Below, piece by piece: positions 1 to 8,529 of a stretch of DNA of 64,000 nucleotides. The translations under genes and the position numbers were made by a program. How positions within the stretch are numbered: the first letter of the stretch is position 1; each line of letters opens with the position of its first letter. Origin of the DNA: an uncultured Thermoplasmata archaeon (GTDB lineage Archaea > Thermoplasmatota > Thermoplasmata > Lutacidiplasmatales > UBA184); the NCBI GenBank assembly GCA_963787975.1, contig CAWBEU010000008.1:29583-93582 (forward strand), written 5' to 3'. The notes beneath the pieces are model-generated. The model saw only the letters and a program-made list of their open reading frames with translations. It did no database searches and was not told the origin of the DNA.

Positions 1-11
1 GCCGGCAATTC

Positions 12-452
12 GTGGTAGCTCTCGAGAGCCTGATGGAGCGATTCCAGCAGGAACAACGGGGGCTATTCCGGGACTGGAAATTGACCCCAGTGCAATTCTT
101 CGTGCTTCGATGGCTCTCGAAAGACGATGGAGCCAACATGTCGACCCTGGCAGGGATGTTGGGGGTCCGTCCGCAGACTGTAACGCCGATCGTGGATTCG
201 CTCGAGAGGGCGGGGTGGGTTCGAAGGGTCCGCTCGATAGAGGACCGGCGGGAATCACTCCTTCGGTTGACCCCGAAGGGCTCCCATCTCCTCGAATCCC
301 TTCGTGCCTCCTTCATCGAGAAGCTGGGCCGGGCCCTCGATGAGGCCCCAGCGACCTCGCTTAGGGCCGCTACGGAAGCCCTCAGGATTGCCACGACAGG
401 TCTCGACCGGGACCTTGCCCCGTCCCGGAGTTCACCCCTGAAGCCCGGATGA
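12..452 (+). CDS. MarR-family winged-helix transcriptional regulator (true start may lie upstream of the window)
   Basis: ORF 12..452 with GTG start. The wHTH core MSTLAGMLGVRPQTVTPIVDSLERAGWVRRVRSIEDRRESLLRLTPKG is MarR-like. The frame stays open to base 3, so the start is uncertain. Confidence 0.8.
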   Translation: MVALESLMERFQQEQRGLFRDWKLTPVQFFVLRWLSKDDGANMSTLAGMLGVRPQTVTPIVDSLERAGWVRRVRSIEDRRESLLRLTPKGSHLLESLRASFIEKLGRALDEAPATSLRAATEALRIATTGLDRDLAPSRSSPLKPG

Positions 453-526
453 CCACAGCACTCCCGACTCCGACGGCGTACGCTAAATATGTGCTTCGTG
501 CCTCCTGACTATCAGGTCAGGCGCAC

Positions 527-1474
527 ATGCCCCCTCCATCGATCGAAACGGACGGGCTGACCAAGCGCTTCGGCGACTTTACGGCGCTCGACAAGCTGGA
601 CCTCAAGCTCGAGGGAGGCAAATGCGTGGGCTTCCTGGGCCCCAATGGGGCCGGAAAGACGACCACGCTGAAGCTGCTGACGAATATGCTCTTCCCGTCC
701 GAAGGAGAGTGCTTCGTTAACGGGATTTCGGTCCAGCGGGAACGAAAACGCGCCTTGGAAGTTGCGGGGGTTCTCATCGAGTCGCCCGAAATCTACCCTT
801 CCCTGACACCCACCCAGGCTCTCGAGATGGTCGGGGACCTCCGCAACATGTCTCGGGCGGAGTGTAACGAGCGGATTCCGGTCGTTCTCGCCGAGGTCAA
901 GATGACCGAATGGGCCCACAAACGGGTGGGCAAGTTCTCGAAGGGGATGAAGCAGCGGATCAACATCGCCGCCGCCCTGGTCCACGACCCGGAGATTCTC
1001 ATGCTCGACGAACCGGCTACCGGTCTCGACCCGCGCGGGATGGCGGAGGTCCGTTCCATCGTCCGCGACCTGAAGAAGCATGACCGGCTGATCTTCATGA
1101 GCAGCCATATCTTGGCCGAGGTCACCGACGTCTGCGACGAGGTTGCCCTCATCAATCATGGAAAGCTGCTTTTCTACGACACCCTCGACAACATCACGAG
1201 CAAGTTCTATCATGGAGAGTCTTCGGTCGACGCGAACTTCGCCCGACCCGTATCCGACGATGACCTCAGCCGTCAGATCGAGACGCTCCCCGACGTGGTA
1301 AAGTGCGAACGCCTTGACCCCCACCGCGTTCGTCTCTTCCTCAAGGGAGACCTCGCGGGCCAGGCGCGCCTGTTGCGCCAGTTGGCTGCACTCGACCTCG
1401 ACCTGGTGAGCTACCAGGAATCGAGGAGCGCCTTGGAGGAGATCTACCTGAGCCAGATTGAGAAGGGGGACTGA
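527..1474 (+). CDS. ABC transporter ATP-binding protein (ABC-2 exporter type)
   Basis: Walker A GPNGAGKTTT, signature FSKGMKQRI, Walker B ILMLDEPATGLD. A permease gene follows. Confidence 0.9.
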   Translation: MPPPSIETDGLTKRFGDFTALDKLDLKLEGGKCVGFLGPNGAGKTTTLKLLTNMLFPSEGECFVNGISVQRERKRALEVAGVLIESPEIYPSLTPTQALEMVGDLRNMSRAECNERIPVVLAEVKMTEWAHKRVGKFSKGMKQRINIAAALVHDPEILMLDEPATGLDPRGMAEVRSIVRDLKKHDRLIFMSSHILAEVTDVCDEVALINHGKLLFYDTLDNITSKFYHGESSVDANFARPVSDDDLSRQIETLPDVVKCERLDPHRVRLFLKGDLAGQARLLRQLAALDLDLVSYQESRSALEEIYLSQIEKGD

Positions 1475-1497
1475 GCACCCTGGCGGCCAACGCGTCG

Positions 1498-2373
1498 ATG
1501 GAAGGGAATCCGGCGACGGGAGGGGTACGCCACCGGCGGCCTGTTCTCCGGAGCTGGGAGCAAGTCCTGAAACTTACCGGCTATCAGCTCCGCGATTACG
1601 TGTTCTCTCGCCGGTTCATCCTGATGATCGGCCTGGTGGCAATCATCGGGGCCATCCTCACCTTCGTGTTCGGGTACTACCGCCCCGCGATGTTCCTCTC
1701 CAGCTCCGGTGCGTTCTATGCCATCGTGTGGGGGGGTGGCGCCACGATCGTCATCATCTTCGCCGGGGTCATCTTCGGAGGCGACGCCATCGCCGGGGAG
1801 TTCCAGAACAAGACGGGCTACTTCTTGATGGGGCTCCCACTCCGACGGGCGACGGTCTACCTGGGGAAGTACATCGCCGCGTTCGTCGCCGCTCTCGCCG
1901 CTGTTGTGTTCTACGCGCTCCTGGTGCTGGCGAACAGCGCGTACTACTTCGGCGGGGGCGCCCTCACATGGAGCTTTGGGGAGTCCTTTGTCTTGGCCAT
2001 CGTCTATCTGTTGGCGTTGCTCGGCGCCACGTTCCTTTTCAGCTCGCTCTTCAAAACGAGCACCTACGCTACCCTCGTGGTCGCCGTGCTCTTCCTCTTC
2101 GGCTTCATGTTGCTGCAGGATCTGATCTCGGGGCTGGTTCACATCACTCCGTGGTTCATCCTGACGTACGCGGATACGGTCATCGGAGGCGTCTTCAACA
2201 CTTCGTGCATGAGCAGCCCGGGTACCCACACCTGCCCAAGTTCCTTCCCAGGCGGCTCCCCGATGACGGTGACCAACGCGACCATCCTGCAAGGGGTCGC
2301 GATCATGCTCGCCTACTTCGTGATCACCGCGGTCGTCGGATTGCTCCTCTTCGAGCGCGAAGAGTTCACGTGA
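1498..2373 (+). CDS. ABC-2 type transporter permease (membrane protein)
   Basis: 291-aa ORF with multiple long hydrophobic segments, directly downstream of the ATPase. Function is inferred from context. Confidence 0.7.
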   Translation: MEGNPATGGVRHRRPVLRSWEQVLKLTGYQLRDYVFSRRFILMIGLVAIIGAILTFVFGYYRPAMFLSSSGAFYAIVWGGGATIVIIFAGVIFGGDAIAGEFQNKTGYFLMGLPLRRATVYLGKYIAAFVAALAAVVFYALLVLANSAYYFGGGALTWSFGESFVLAIVYLLALLGATFLFSSLFKTSTYATLVVAVLFLFGFMLLQDLISGLVHITPWFILTYADTVIGGVFNTSCMSSPGTHTCPSSFPGGSPMTVTNATILQGVAIMLAYFVITAVVGLLLFEREEFT

Positions 2374-2390
2374 CTCCGAAAGGCGGATCG

Positions 2391-3461
2391 ATGAGTGAAG
2401 GACAGGTTCCGATCCCTGGCACTTCTCCCATCATCGAAGTTCACGACCTGGTGAAGATCTACGGAGGGGGTCGCGGCCCGACGGGCCAGGAGGTGGTCCG
2501 GGCCGTCGATGGGATCAGTTTTTCCATTGGCGACGGGGAGTTCTTCGGATTCCTCGGCCCCAACGGGGCGGGGAAAACTACGACCATCAAGATCATCACG
2601 ACCCTGCTAGGAAAAACGAGCGGCCAGGTCAGTGTCGCGGGGCATGACCTCGACCGGGAAGGAGAGGCGATCCGCAAGATCATTGGATACGCAGGGCAGT
2701 CCGCCGGGGTGGACGGCGAGTTGACCGGCCGGGAGAACCTCATGCTCATGGGCCGGTTCTATCACCTTCCCACCCAGATTATCACCGACCGTGTCGAGCA
2801 ACTGCTCGATATCCTGCAACTCAAGGATGCGGCGGACCGGCCCGCCTTCACCTACTCTGGCGGCATGCGGAAGCGCCTCGATCTCGGTTCGGGTCTTGTC
2901 CATCGGCCTCAGATCCTATTCCTCGACGAGCCTACCACGGGTCTCGACCCGCAGACGCGCAACGCAGTCTGGGAGTATATTCGGAAACTCCATCGGGAGG
3001 AGGGAACGACCATCTTCCTCACGACTCAGTACATGGAGGAGGCGGATCAGCTGTGCGAGCGGCTGGCCATCATCGACGGGGGCAAGATCGTCACGTCGGG
3101 AACCCCCCGGGAACTCAAAGCCGCCATCGGCGACGATGTGGTCACCCTTCGACTCCCCCAAGACGAACATTTCGAAACGGCGCGAGTGCAAGCGCTCGCA
3201 TTGGTCCAAGGGGTCCCCGGTGTTCAGAGCGCCAGTCCCTTCGATCAGGGGGTAACCGCCCGGACCCGAAATGGAGGCGCAACGCTCCTAGAGATCGTGC
3301 GCCGCCTGGAGTCCGAGCGCATCGCCGTAAATGAGGTGGCCATCGCTCACCCCACGCTCGATCAGGTTTTCCTCCAACATACCGGCCGCGCGATGAGAGT
3401 GGAGGAGGTCAAACCCAGCTCTCGCAGCGGATACGGCCCGAGGGGAATGAGGCGGAGATGA
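2391..3461 (+). CDS. ABC transporter ATP-binding protein (DrrA-like)
   Basis: In-frame ATG at 2391 inside the 1458..3461 ORF; the upstream part overlaps the permease. Walker A GPNGAGKTTT, signature YSGGMRKRL, Walker B ILFLDEPTTGLD. Confidence 0.9.
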   Translation: MSEGQVPIPGTSPIIEVHDLVKIYGGGRGPTGQEVVRAVDGISFSIGDGEFFGFLGPNGAGKTTTIKIITTLLGKTSGQVSVAGHDLDREGEAIRKIIGYAGQSAGVDGELTGRENLMLMGRFYHLPTQIITDRVEQLLDILQLKDAADRPAFTYSGGMRKRLDLGSGLVHRPQILFLDEPTTGLDPQTRNAVWEYIRKLHREEGTTIFLTTQYMEEADQLCERLAIIDGGKIVTSGTPRELKAAIGDDVVTLRLPQDEHFETARVQALALVQGVPGVQSASPFDQGVTARTRNGGATLLEIVRRLESERIAVNEVAIAHPTLDQVFLQHTGRAMRVEEVKPSSRSGYGPRGMRRR

Positions 3462-4321
3462 CCGCAGCACGCTACGTCCACTCCCACGGATACGTTACCG
3501 ACGTCGAAACCGGCGCCGGGATGCGACTCTCCGAGATTTGGTGGGTCTGTTACCGGAGTTTGAAGAAGCTCAGCCGGAGCCCCGTGGTCCTTCTGTTCAC
3601 CCTTCTGATGCCCGTGATCTGGCTCGGGCTCTTCAGCCAGGTCTTCGGCACCATCTTTTCCGCGGGCGCCGCCGGCCTGACGGGAGCCAAACTCCCGTAC
3701 GACTACGTCGCCGTTCTTCTTCCCGGGATCGCGATCATGACCGCGATCACGAGCTCCTCCCAGACGGGGTTCTCGATGGTGATGGACATCGACTCGGGGT
3801 TCATGGACAAGTTCTTCGTGGCTCCCATGCAGCGAAGCTCGGTCCTGATCGGGAAGCTTTTGGCGGATGGCATGCGAATGGGGGGGCAGGCCGGGCTGGT
3901 CCTCGCCATCGCTTATGCCTTCAAGCTCGGTCTCGGGTGGCGGATCCCCTTCGCCAGTGGACTGCCCGGGGATCTCATGATCATGTTCCTCGCCGCGACC
4001 TTCGGGCTCGCCTTCTCCGGTCTTTCGAACACGGTCGCCCTTCGGACAAAGAACACCGAATCCACCCAATTGGTGAGTTTCACCTTGACGTTCCCGCTCC
4101 TGTTTCTATCGACCGCGTTGCTCCCCAAGGCGCTCCTCCCCGGCTGGGTCCAGACGTTCTCCAGTTTCAACCCTGTGAGCTACACCGCGACCGCGTGCCG
4201 CGACCTCATCCTGACCGGGTTCAACTGGCCGGACATCGGGAACGCTGTCCTGTCGATCGCCATCCTCGGATTCATCCTGAACGGACTGGCCGTGCTCTCG
4301 TTCCGAGCCTTGGGTCGGTGA
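3458..4321 (+). CDS. ABC-2 type transporter permease
   Basis: ATGA start/stop overlap with the upstream ATPase. The 287-aa protein is multi-TM hydrophobic. Confidence 0.8.
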   Translation: MTAARYVHSHGYVTDVETGAGMRLSEIWWVCYRSLKKLSRSPVVLLFTLLMPVIWLGLFSQVFGTIFSAGAAGLTGAKLPYDYVAVLLPGIAIMTAITSSSQTGFSMVMDIDSGFMDKFFVAPMQRSSVLIGKLLADGMRMGGQAGLVLAIAYAFKLGLGWRIPFASGLPGDLMIMFLAATFGLAFSGLSNTVALRTKNTESTQLVSFTLTFPLLFLSTALLPKALLPGWVQTFSSFNPVSYTATACRDLILTGFNWPDIGNAVLSIAILGFILNGLAVLSFRALGR

Positions 4322-4557
4322 ATCCTGCGCGCCCCGTACGCGGGCGGCGAGCTCTTCGGATTCCGGCGGTTCGAACGATCTTGGGCCGGCATCAAGCGCT
4401 GACCTAACCCGGAGTCCCCCGACGTACCCCGCCCAGAGAACGGGGCTGTGTCGGGTGTGCTGAGAAAGGTTTGGGCTTGCGTTTTCTGGATTTCGGACGT
4501 ATCTAAACGTCCTCAACTATACTACGGGCCCGCGCGTCGCGTTCGAGGCCGGAGCTT

Positions 4558-4567
4558 GTTTAGATAC
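4558..4567 (+). promoter_or_regulatory. TATA-like box (GTTTAGATAC) upstream of a micro-ORF; its inverted copy is at 4499..4508
   Basis: TTTAGATA resembles the archaeal TATA consensus and lies about 25 nt before the ATG at 4588. A perfect 10-nt reverse complement sits 49 nt upstream. Confidence 0.3.
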
Positions 4568-4587
4568 TTCCTCGGAGGTCCCGGCCG

Positions 4588-4737
4588 ATGAAATCGATCT
4601 TGGACATTTTTCTATGTGGGATCGAGCGGGTGGAGTGGACGGTGACACCCGTGCTGACGCTGCGAGCGATGGCGGAGATGGGCCTGCTGATGGGAGCCGC
4701 GGTAGCGCTGCTCGTTCTGGTCGCGGTCGTGCTGTGA
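4588..4737 (+). CDS. Small hypothetical membrane protein (49 aa), absent from the ORF track
   Basis: ATG at 4588 preceded by GGAGGT. Translates to MKSILDIFLCGIERVEWTVTPVLTLRAMAEMGLLMGAAVALLVLVAVVL with a C-terminal TM helix. No homology claim is possible. Confidence 0.35.
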   Translation: MKSILDIFLCGIERVEWTVTPVLTLRAMAEMGLLMGAAVALLVLVAVVL

Positions 4738-4794
4738 GGCCCTCGCCCTGAGGCACCGTACCCCCCGCGCAACCCCTTGGGTCGGGTGCTCCTG

Positions 4795-5469
4795 TTACCG
4801 GGGTGGGGGATACGGGGCCGACCTACGAGTGAGGAACGCGAAGTAGGTCGAAGGCTCCCCCTCCGCTCCGCCGGGCTGGAAGCCCGTCCGGACGAACAAG
4901 AATCGCGATTCGAGGAGCGCGGTCACCTCCGAAAGGGACGGACGATGCCGCGGACCCATGACGCCCGTGTGCTCTCGGGCCACCCACGCAAGTACGAAGC
5001 TCCCGCCTCGTCGGAGGACTCGGTGGACCTCTGTAGCGTAGTCTTCCCGGCGCGAGAGGGGGAGTGTGTGGAAGCACCCATGATCCACCAACCCGTCGAG
5101 GCTTCCGTCGGTGAACGGGAGCGCCAGGGCATCCCCTTCCTGAACGTCCACGGTGAGATGAGCACGGGTGGCCCGGGTCCGGGCGGCCGCCACGGCGCCG
5201 GGCGAGAGGTCGATGCCATACGCACGGTATCCGTTCTCGGCAAGGAACAGCACGTTCGACCCGGCCCCGCATCCGATGTCGAGTACGGCGCCGCCCTTCG
5301 GTAGAAAGCCCTCCTCGGAGGCCAGCTTGATGGGGGGACTCGGCCCGGGGTCGAACCACGGGAGCTGGTCGTAGGGCGTTTCCTCGTACGTCAATCGCCA
5401 TTGGGCGCGCTCACTCGGGGAGGTTCCCCTCCGCCGGGCGGCCGCACTCTTCGGTTTACGTTCTACCAT
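4795..5469 (-). CDS. Class I SAM-dependent methyltransferase
   Basis: Motif I VLDIGCGAGSNVLFLAENGYRAYGIDLSP. 224-aa ORF. Confidence 0.85.
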   Translation of the reverse strand: MVERKPKSAAARRRGTSPSERAQWRLTYEETPYDQLPWFDPGPSPPIKLASEEGFLPKGGAVLDIGCGAGSNVLFLAENGYRAYGIDLSPGAVAAARTRATRAHLTVDVQEGDALALPFTDGSLDGLVDHGCFHTLPLSRREDYATEVHRVLRRGGSFVLAWVAREHTGVMGPRHRPSLSEVTALLESRFLFVRTGFQPGGAEGEPSTYFAFLTRRSAPYPPPR

Positions 5470-6043
5470 GTGGTGGGCTCCTCTTCTTGGGTTTCGTGGA
5501 AGTCCGAGTCAGTTCCGAAGGCCCCGATCCGCGCCCGTGTCGCCCAGTCCGGGATCGACGTGCGATCGTTCCGGGAGGACAGCGATCCTTGGGCAAGAGG
5601 CGAGCCAGAGAACTTCCGACGACCTTCAGATCCCGGTTGCTCCAATCCCCGAACGCGCGGACCAACTCATCCACCATGACCCGAACCATTTCCTGGAACT
5701 CGGCCCGCCCTTTGGCGGTCACGTCCACGTACACCACGCGACGGTCCTTCGTGCTCCGGGTCCGGGTGACGAGCCCTTCCGCTTCCAGCTTGTCCAGGAG
5801 GCCGGGGATGTTGCCTGTCGTTACCCCCATCGCGTCGGCGAGTTCCCTCGAGGTCGCCCGGCCCCCCATGACCAGCGTCCGCAGGAGGACCTTCCGGCCC
5901 AGCGAGATGCCTCGGCGCGCGTCGTCCGCTCGGATCCGGCCCATGAGCGTGCGAAAGGCGAGCCGCAGCGTGTGCCACGTCTCCTCGACCAGCTCGCGCC
6001 GGGGACTCTCCTTCGCCACGGGACTCCCAAGTGCGACCCGCAT
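5456..6043 (-). CDS. MarR-family transcriptional regulator
   Basis: The wHTH segment SRELADAMGVTTGNIPGLLDKLEAEGLVTRTRSTKDRRVVYVDVTAKG is MarR-like. The last ~40 codons are low-complexity. Confidence 0.8.
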   Translation of the reverse strand: MRVALGSPVAKESPRRELVEETWHTLRLAFRTLMGRIRADDARRGISLGRKVLLRTLVMGGRATSRELADAMGVTTGNIPGLLDKLEAEGLVTRTRSTKDRRVVYVDVTAKGRAEFQEMVRVMVDELVRAFGDWSNRDLKVVGSSLARLLPKDRCPPGTIARRSRTGRHGRGSGPSELTRTSTKPKKRSPPHGRT

Positions 6044-6074
6044 AAGAAGTTGACCAATGGTACAGTGTTAAGTA

Positions 6075-6088
6075 ACTTAGAACTAAGT
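6075..6088. promoter_or_regulatory. Palindrome ACTTAG-AA-CTAAGT in an AT-rich divergent promoter (candidate MarR operator)
   Basis: 6-bp perfect inverted arms with a 2-nt spacer. It sits in the only AT-rich stretch between the divergent genes ending at 6043 and starting at 6095. Confidence 0.35.
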
Positions 6089-6094
6089 CATTAT

Positions 6095-6961
6095 ATGGGC
6101 CTCGGGATGATGGGGTCGGCGGAGGACAAGGGAGCGGTGCAGCCGAACAGAGCCCCCAAAGGACGCCGAGGCTCATCCGCGCCCGAAACCGCGGGAGACG
6201 CGGAGGTTCCCCTGCTAGGCCCGCCCCTCCGTCTTCCGATCCCGCGGAGGTACGAGTTCCCGTTCTTGGACCGTCGCCAAGAAACCCCGACGGCCATCAC
6301 GGTCCGCTTCTCCACGGAGGGAACGGAGTTCCAGTACCTCTCGAACCAGGCCATCCGTCTGGTGCTCCCCGAGGTCAGCGATCCGTACGGGCCAGCGCGC
6401 ACGTTCTCGCTGTCATCCAGTCCGTCCGAGCCCGGAGCCATCGCGGTGACGACCAAGATGACGGGCTCGCCATACAAGGAGGCGTTGAACCGACTGAGAC
6501 CGGGCGACCGGGTCACCGTCCTGGGTCCCGTCGGGGATCTGCTCTTCAACCCCCGTCGGCCGGCCGTCTTCGTGGCGGGGGGAATCGGTGTGACCCCCTT
6601 CCGGGGGATGCTCCGGTTCGCCGTCGACACGGGCGCGACCCAGCCGATCCGAATGTTCTACTCGGCCCGGGTGCCCGAGGAGTTTGCGTTCCGGAAGGAA
6701 CTGGACGCCCTCGCCAGGGCTCACAGACAGGCCCGCATCCAGTACACCGTGACCCGGCCCACCGAATCCCCGCAGCCTTGGCCCGGGCGGACGGGCCGCA
6801 TCGATATCCCGTGGATCCGTGAGGTCAGCGAACGGCTCGATCGGCCGAAGTTCTACGTTGCCGGCCTCCCCGAGATGGCGAGCGAAACGGTCCAGCGGCT
6901 GAAGAGCGAACTGGGAATTCCCGAAGAAGACCTCGAGTACCAGTACTTCGGGGGATACTAG
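6095..6961 (+). CDS. Ferredoxin-reductase-type FAD/NAD(P)-binding oxidoreductase
   Basis: In-frame ATG at 6095. RTFSLSSSP (RxYS-type FAD motif) and GGIGVTPF (NAD(P) motif) are present. The upstream part of ORF 5468..6961 is antisense to marR. Confidence 0.8.
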   Translation: MGLGMMGSAEDKGAVQPNRAPKGRRGSSAPETAGDAEVPLLGPPLRLPIPRRYEFPFLDRRQETPTAITVRFSTEGTEFQYLSNQAIRLVLPEVSDPYGPARTFSLSSSPSEPGAIAVTTKMTGSPYKEALNRLRPGDRVTVLGPVGDLLFNPRRPAVFVAGGIGVTPFRGMLRFAVDTGATQPIRMFYSARVPEEFAFRKELDALARAHRQARIQYTVTRPTESPQPWPGRTGRIDIPWIREVSERLDRPKFYVAGLPEMASETVQRLKSELGIPEEDLEYQYFGGY

Positions 6962-7007
6962 GCGATCTCCCGGCGGGAGCCGCGATGCTTCCGACCGCGG
7001 GTCCGGA

Positions 7008-7193
7008 TTACTTTCCCTTCGGCTTGCCCTTGGGGGTCGCGGTCTTCGATTCGCTGTACCCGCAACGGCCGCAGGACCGCCGGTTGTCGTGCTCCGCCAG
7101 GAATACGCCGGCGCCGCACTTCGGGCAGGACTTGTGGGTCCGCGTGAGCGTGTCGCCCTGGACCTCGTAGAGACCGATCCGCGCCTTGTTCAT
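7008..7193 (-). CDS. rps27ae: 30S ribosomal protein S27ae
   Basis: 61 aa with zinc ribbon [23 protein letters not shown]. Lies in the conserved cluster with S24e. Confidence 0.9.
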   Translation of the reverse strand: MNKARIGLYEVQGDTLTRTHKSCPKCGAGVFLAEHDNRRSCGRCGYSESKTATPKGKPKGK

Positions 7194-7196
7194 GGA

Positions 7197-7825
7197 TCAG
7201 TCCTCCTTCTTGGGCTCGTGGGCCGGCTTCGCCTTGCCCTCGTGCTTGGGGCCCTTCTCGGATTTCTCCGCCTTCTCGGCGTGTTCGGCCTTCTCGCCCT
7301 TGTGCCCCTCACCCTTGTGGGCTTCTTTGGGGGCCTCTGGCTTGTGCTCCTCCGCCTTGCCGTGCTCCGCCTTCGGGTGCTCCGGCTTGGGGTGTTCCGG
7401 TTTGGGATGCTCCGGTTCGGCGTGCTCCTTCGGAGCCTCTTCCTTCGCGGGCTCGGCCTTGGGGGGCGCCGCCTTCGGTTCTTCTTTTGGAGCGGCTGGC
7501 GCCGGCACTTCGCCGCCCGGGGCGGGAGTGGCCGGTGCGGCCTTTTCGCGGAGGCCGTTCCGGATGAGAATATGCTCGCGGACCGTCACGTCGACGGCTT
7601 CCTTGGTGGCGTAGGCCATCGCTTCGCCTCGGGTCTTGGCGGTGCCGAAGCGTGCGTTCATCCGCTCGATGACGAGCCGGTCCGCTGGCACCTGGACCAG
7701 CTTGGCCAGCTCCTTGCGGACGTCGGCCCGGGTGGCGTCGCCGCGCCGGCGTGGTCCACTTCGAAGGTGTACTCCTTTCGATGCAGGAGCGGGTTCGGCC
7801 GCTCTTCGAGGATCTTAACGTCCAA
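7197..7825 (-). pseudogene. rps24e: 30S ribosomal protein S24e, interrupted by a 1-nt frameshift near 7731-7738 and carrying a ~105-aa low-complexity C-terminal tail
   Basis: The N-terminal part DVKILEERPNPLLHRKEYTFEVDHAG is in ORF 7658..7855. The rest, ADVRKELAKLVQVPADRLVIERMNARFG...HILIRNG, is in the frame of ORF 7197..7691. The start-to-stop span is 3n+2. TTG at 7825 or ATG at 7855 is the possible start. Confidence 0.8.
7356..7415 (-). repeat. Four tandem 15-nt coding repeats (PEHPK/PEHPK/PEHPK/AEHGK) in the S24e tail
   Basis: Plus-strand units cttgccgtgctccgc, cttcgggtgctccgg, cttggggtgttccgg and tttgggatgctccgg are read directly from the sequence. Confidence 0.85.
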
Positions 7826-8351
7826 GGGGCACCTTCTGGTATTCCATCTGTGCAATCAGCGCGCGTGCGTTATCCTTCGTCCGGGCGTTGACCGGAACGA
7901 AAGAGACCCCCGCACCCGGAATTCCGTATATAACGGTCGCTCCCGAAGGAAGCGCTTCCACGAGGGCCAGCGAGCCCAGGTCCTCTTCCCCATCGACCAC
8001 GACGAGTCCCCCGCCCTCGAACACGAGGTCGTGGATCGCGGTCCGCAGGGCCTCGGTCAGCATTCCCGGCGGATTGTGTACCTTCCGAACCCGGACCTGG
8101 GCCAGCGACGAGAATGCCGTAGGGTCCACGGGCTCCTGGCGCTTGGTCTTGTAGTCAACGACCGCCACGAGCGGCGTCTTGCCCAGGCGCAGCGCCTGCG
8201 CCGTGACCATGTCGCCGCAGGAGCCGAAGACCTTCAGGTCCCGGATGTGATGGTCCGCCTCGGCGCCGGAATAGACCGGCCCGTACCGCTCGGCCAACCG
8301 GGGGCGGAGGGCTGCGGGGACGACCCAGACCCCTTCCTCGTCACTTGACAC
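7815..8351 (-). CDS. GTP-dependent dephospho-CoA kinase (DUF359 family)
   Basis: GDMVTAQALRLGKTPLVAVVDYKTKRQ matches the DUF359 core. It holds the conserved position between spt4 and rps24e. Confidence 0.75.
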   Translation of the reverse strand: MSSDEEGVWVVPAALRPRLAERYGPVYSGAEADHHIRDLKVFGSCGDMVTAQALRLGKTPLVAVVDYKTKRQEPVDPTAFSSLAQVRVRKVHNPPGMLTEALRTAIHDLVFEGGGLVVVDGEEDLGSLALVEALPSGATVIYGIPGAGVSFVPVNARTKDNARALIAQMEYQKVPLGR

Positions 8352-8526
8352 GGAGCGCGTACCGGCCGCCGGCGTGAATGCCCATCTTGCGGGCGATCTC
8401 GGACTTCTCGGGGTCCACGACGAGAAGGTACCCCTGCCACTCGCGGCTGGTCTCCCCGCCGCATCGAGGGCATTTCGCTCCCTCGGAGATGAACATACAG
8501 TTCTTGCACGCCTTGAGCTGAAGCAT
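8341..8526 (-). CDS. spt4: Transcription elongation factor Spt4 (RpoE'')
   Basis: 61 aa with zinc ribbon CKNC...CPRCGG. Lies downstream of rpo7. Confidence 0.9.
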   Translation of the reverse strand: MLQLKACKNCMFISEGAKCPRCGGETSREWQGYLLVVDPEKSEIARKMGIHAGGRYALRVK

Positions 8527-8529
8527 GGT

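Noticed and set aside
504-516. The palindrome CCTGA-cta-TCAGG between marR (12..452) and the first ABC operon, considered as a MarR operator
   Set aside because: The arms are only 5 bp, which is expected by chance many times in 64 kb. A TATA-like word (CTAAATAT, 483..490) is nearby but the evidence is too weak to call.
1458-3461. A 667-aa ORF suggesting a very large ABC protein
   Set aside because: Only the part from the in-frame ATG at 2391 is ABC-ATPase-like. The first 311 codons overlap the permease gene in another frame and look like Arg/Pro/Gly noise.
4355-4385. A GGTTCGAAC T-loop-like word, considered as a possible tRNA
   Set aside because: The flanking sequence gives no T-stem, acceptor or anticodon-arm pairing.
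7356-7415. Tandem 15-nt repeats, considered as a CRISPR-like or minisatellite array
   Set aside because: The units are contiguous with no spacers, in frame, and encode the PEHPK repeats of the S24e tail. No CRISPR array or cas gene is present anywhere in the window.
7725-7745. Programmed ribosomal frameshifting as the explanation for the split S24e (and other split genes)
   Set aside because: There is no canonical X XXY YYZ slippery heptamer in the zero frame at the junction. Nine similar interruptions occur in unrelated genes, in both +1 and -1 directions, mostly in C/G runs. Error or mutation is more parsimonious. It cannot be fully excluded without data.
7089-8348. A 419-aa plus-strand ORF covering the S24e and dephospho-CoA kinase region
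   Set aside because: It is antisense to two well-supported genes. The translation is Leu/Arg/Gly-rich low-complexity sequence typical of stop-free antisense frames in GC-rich DNA.
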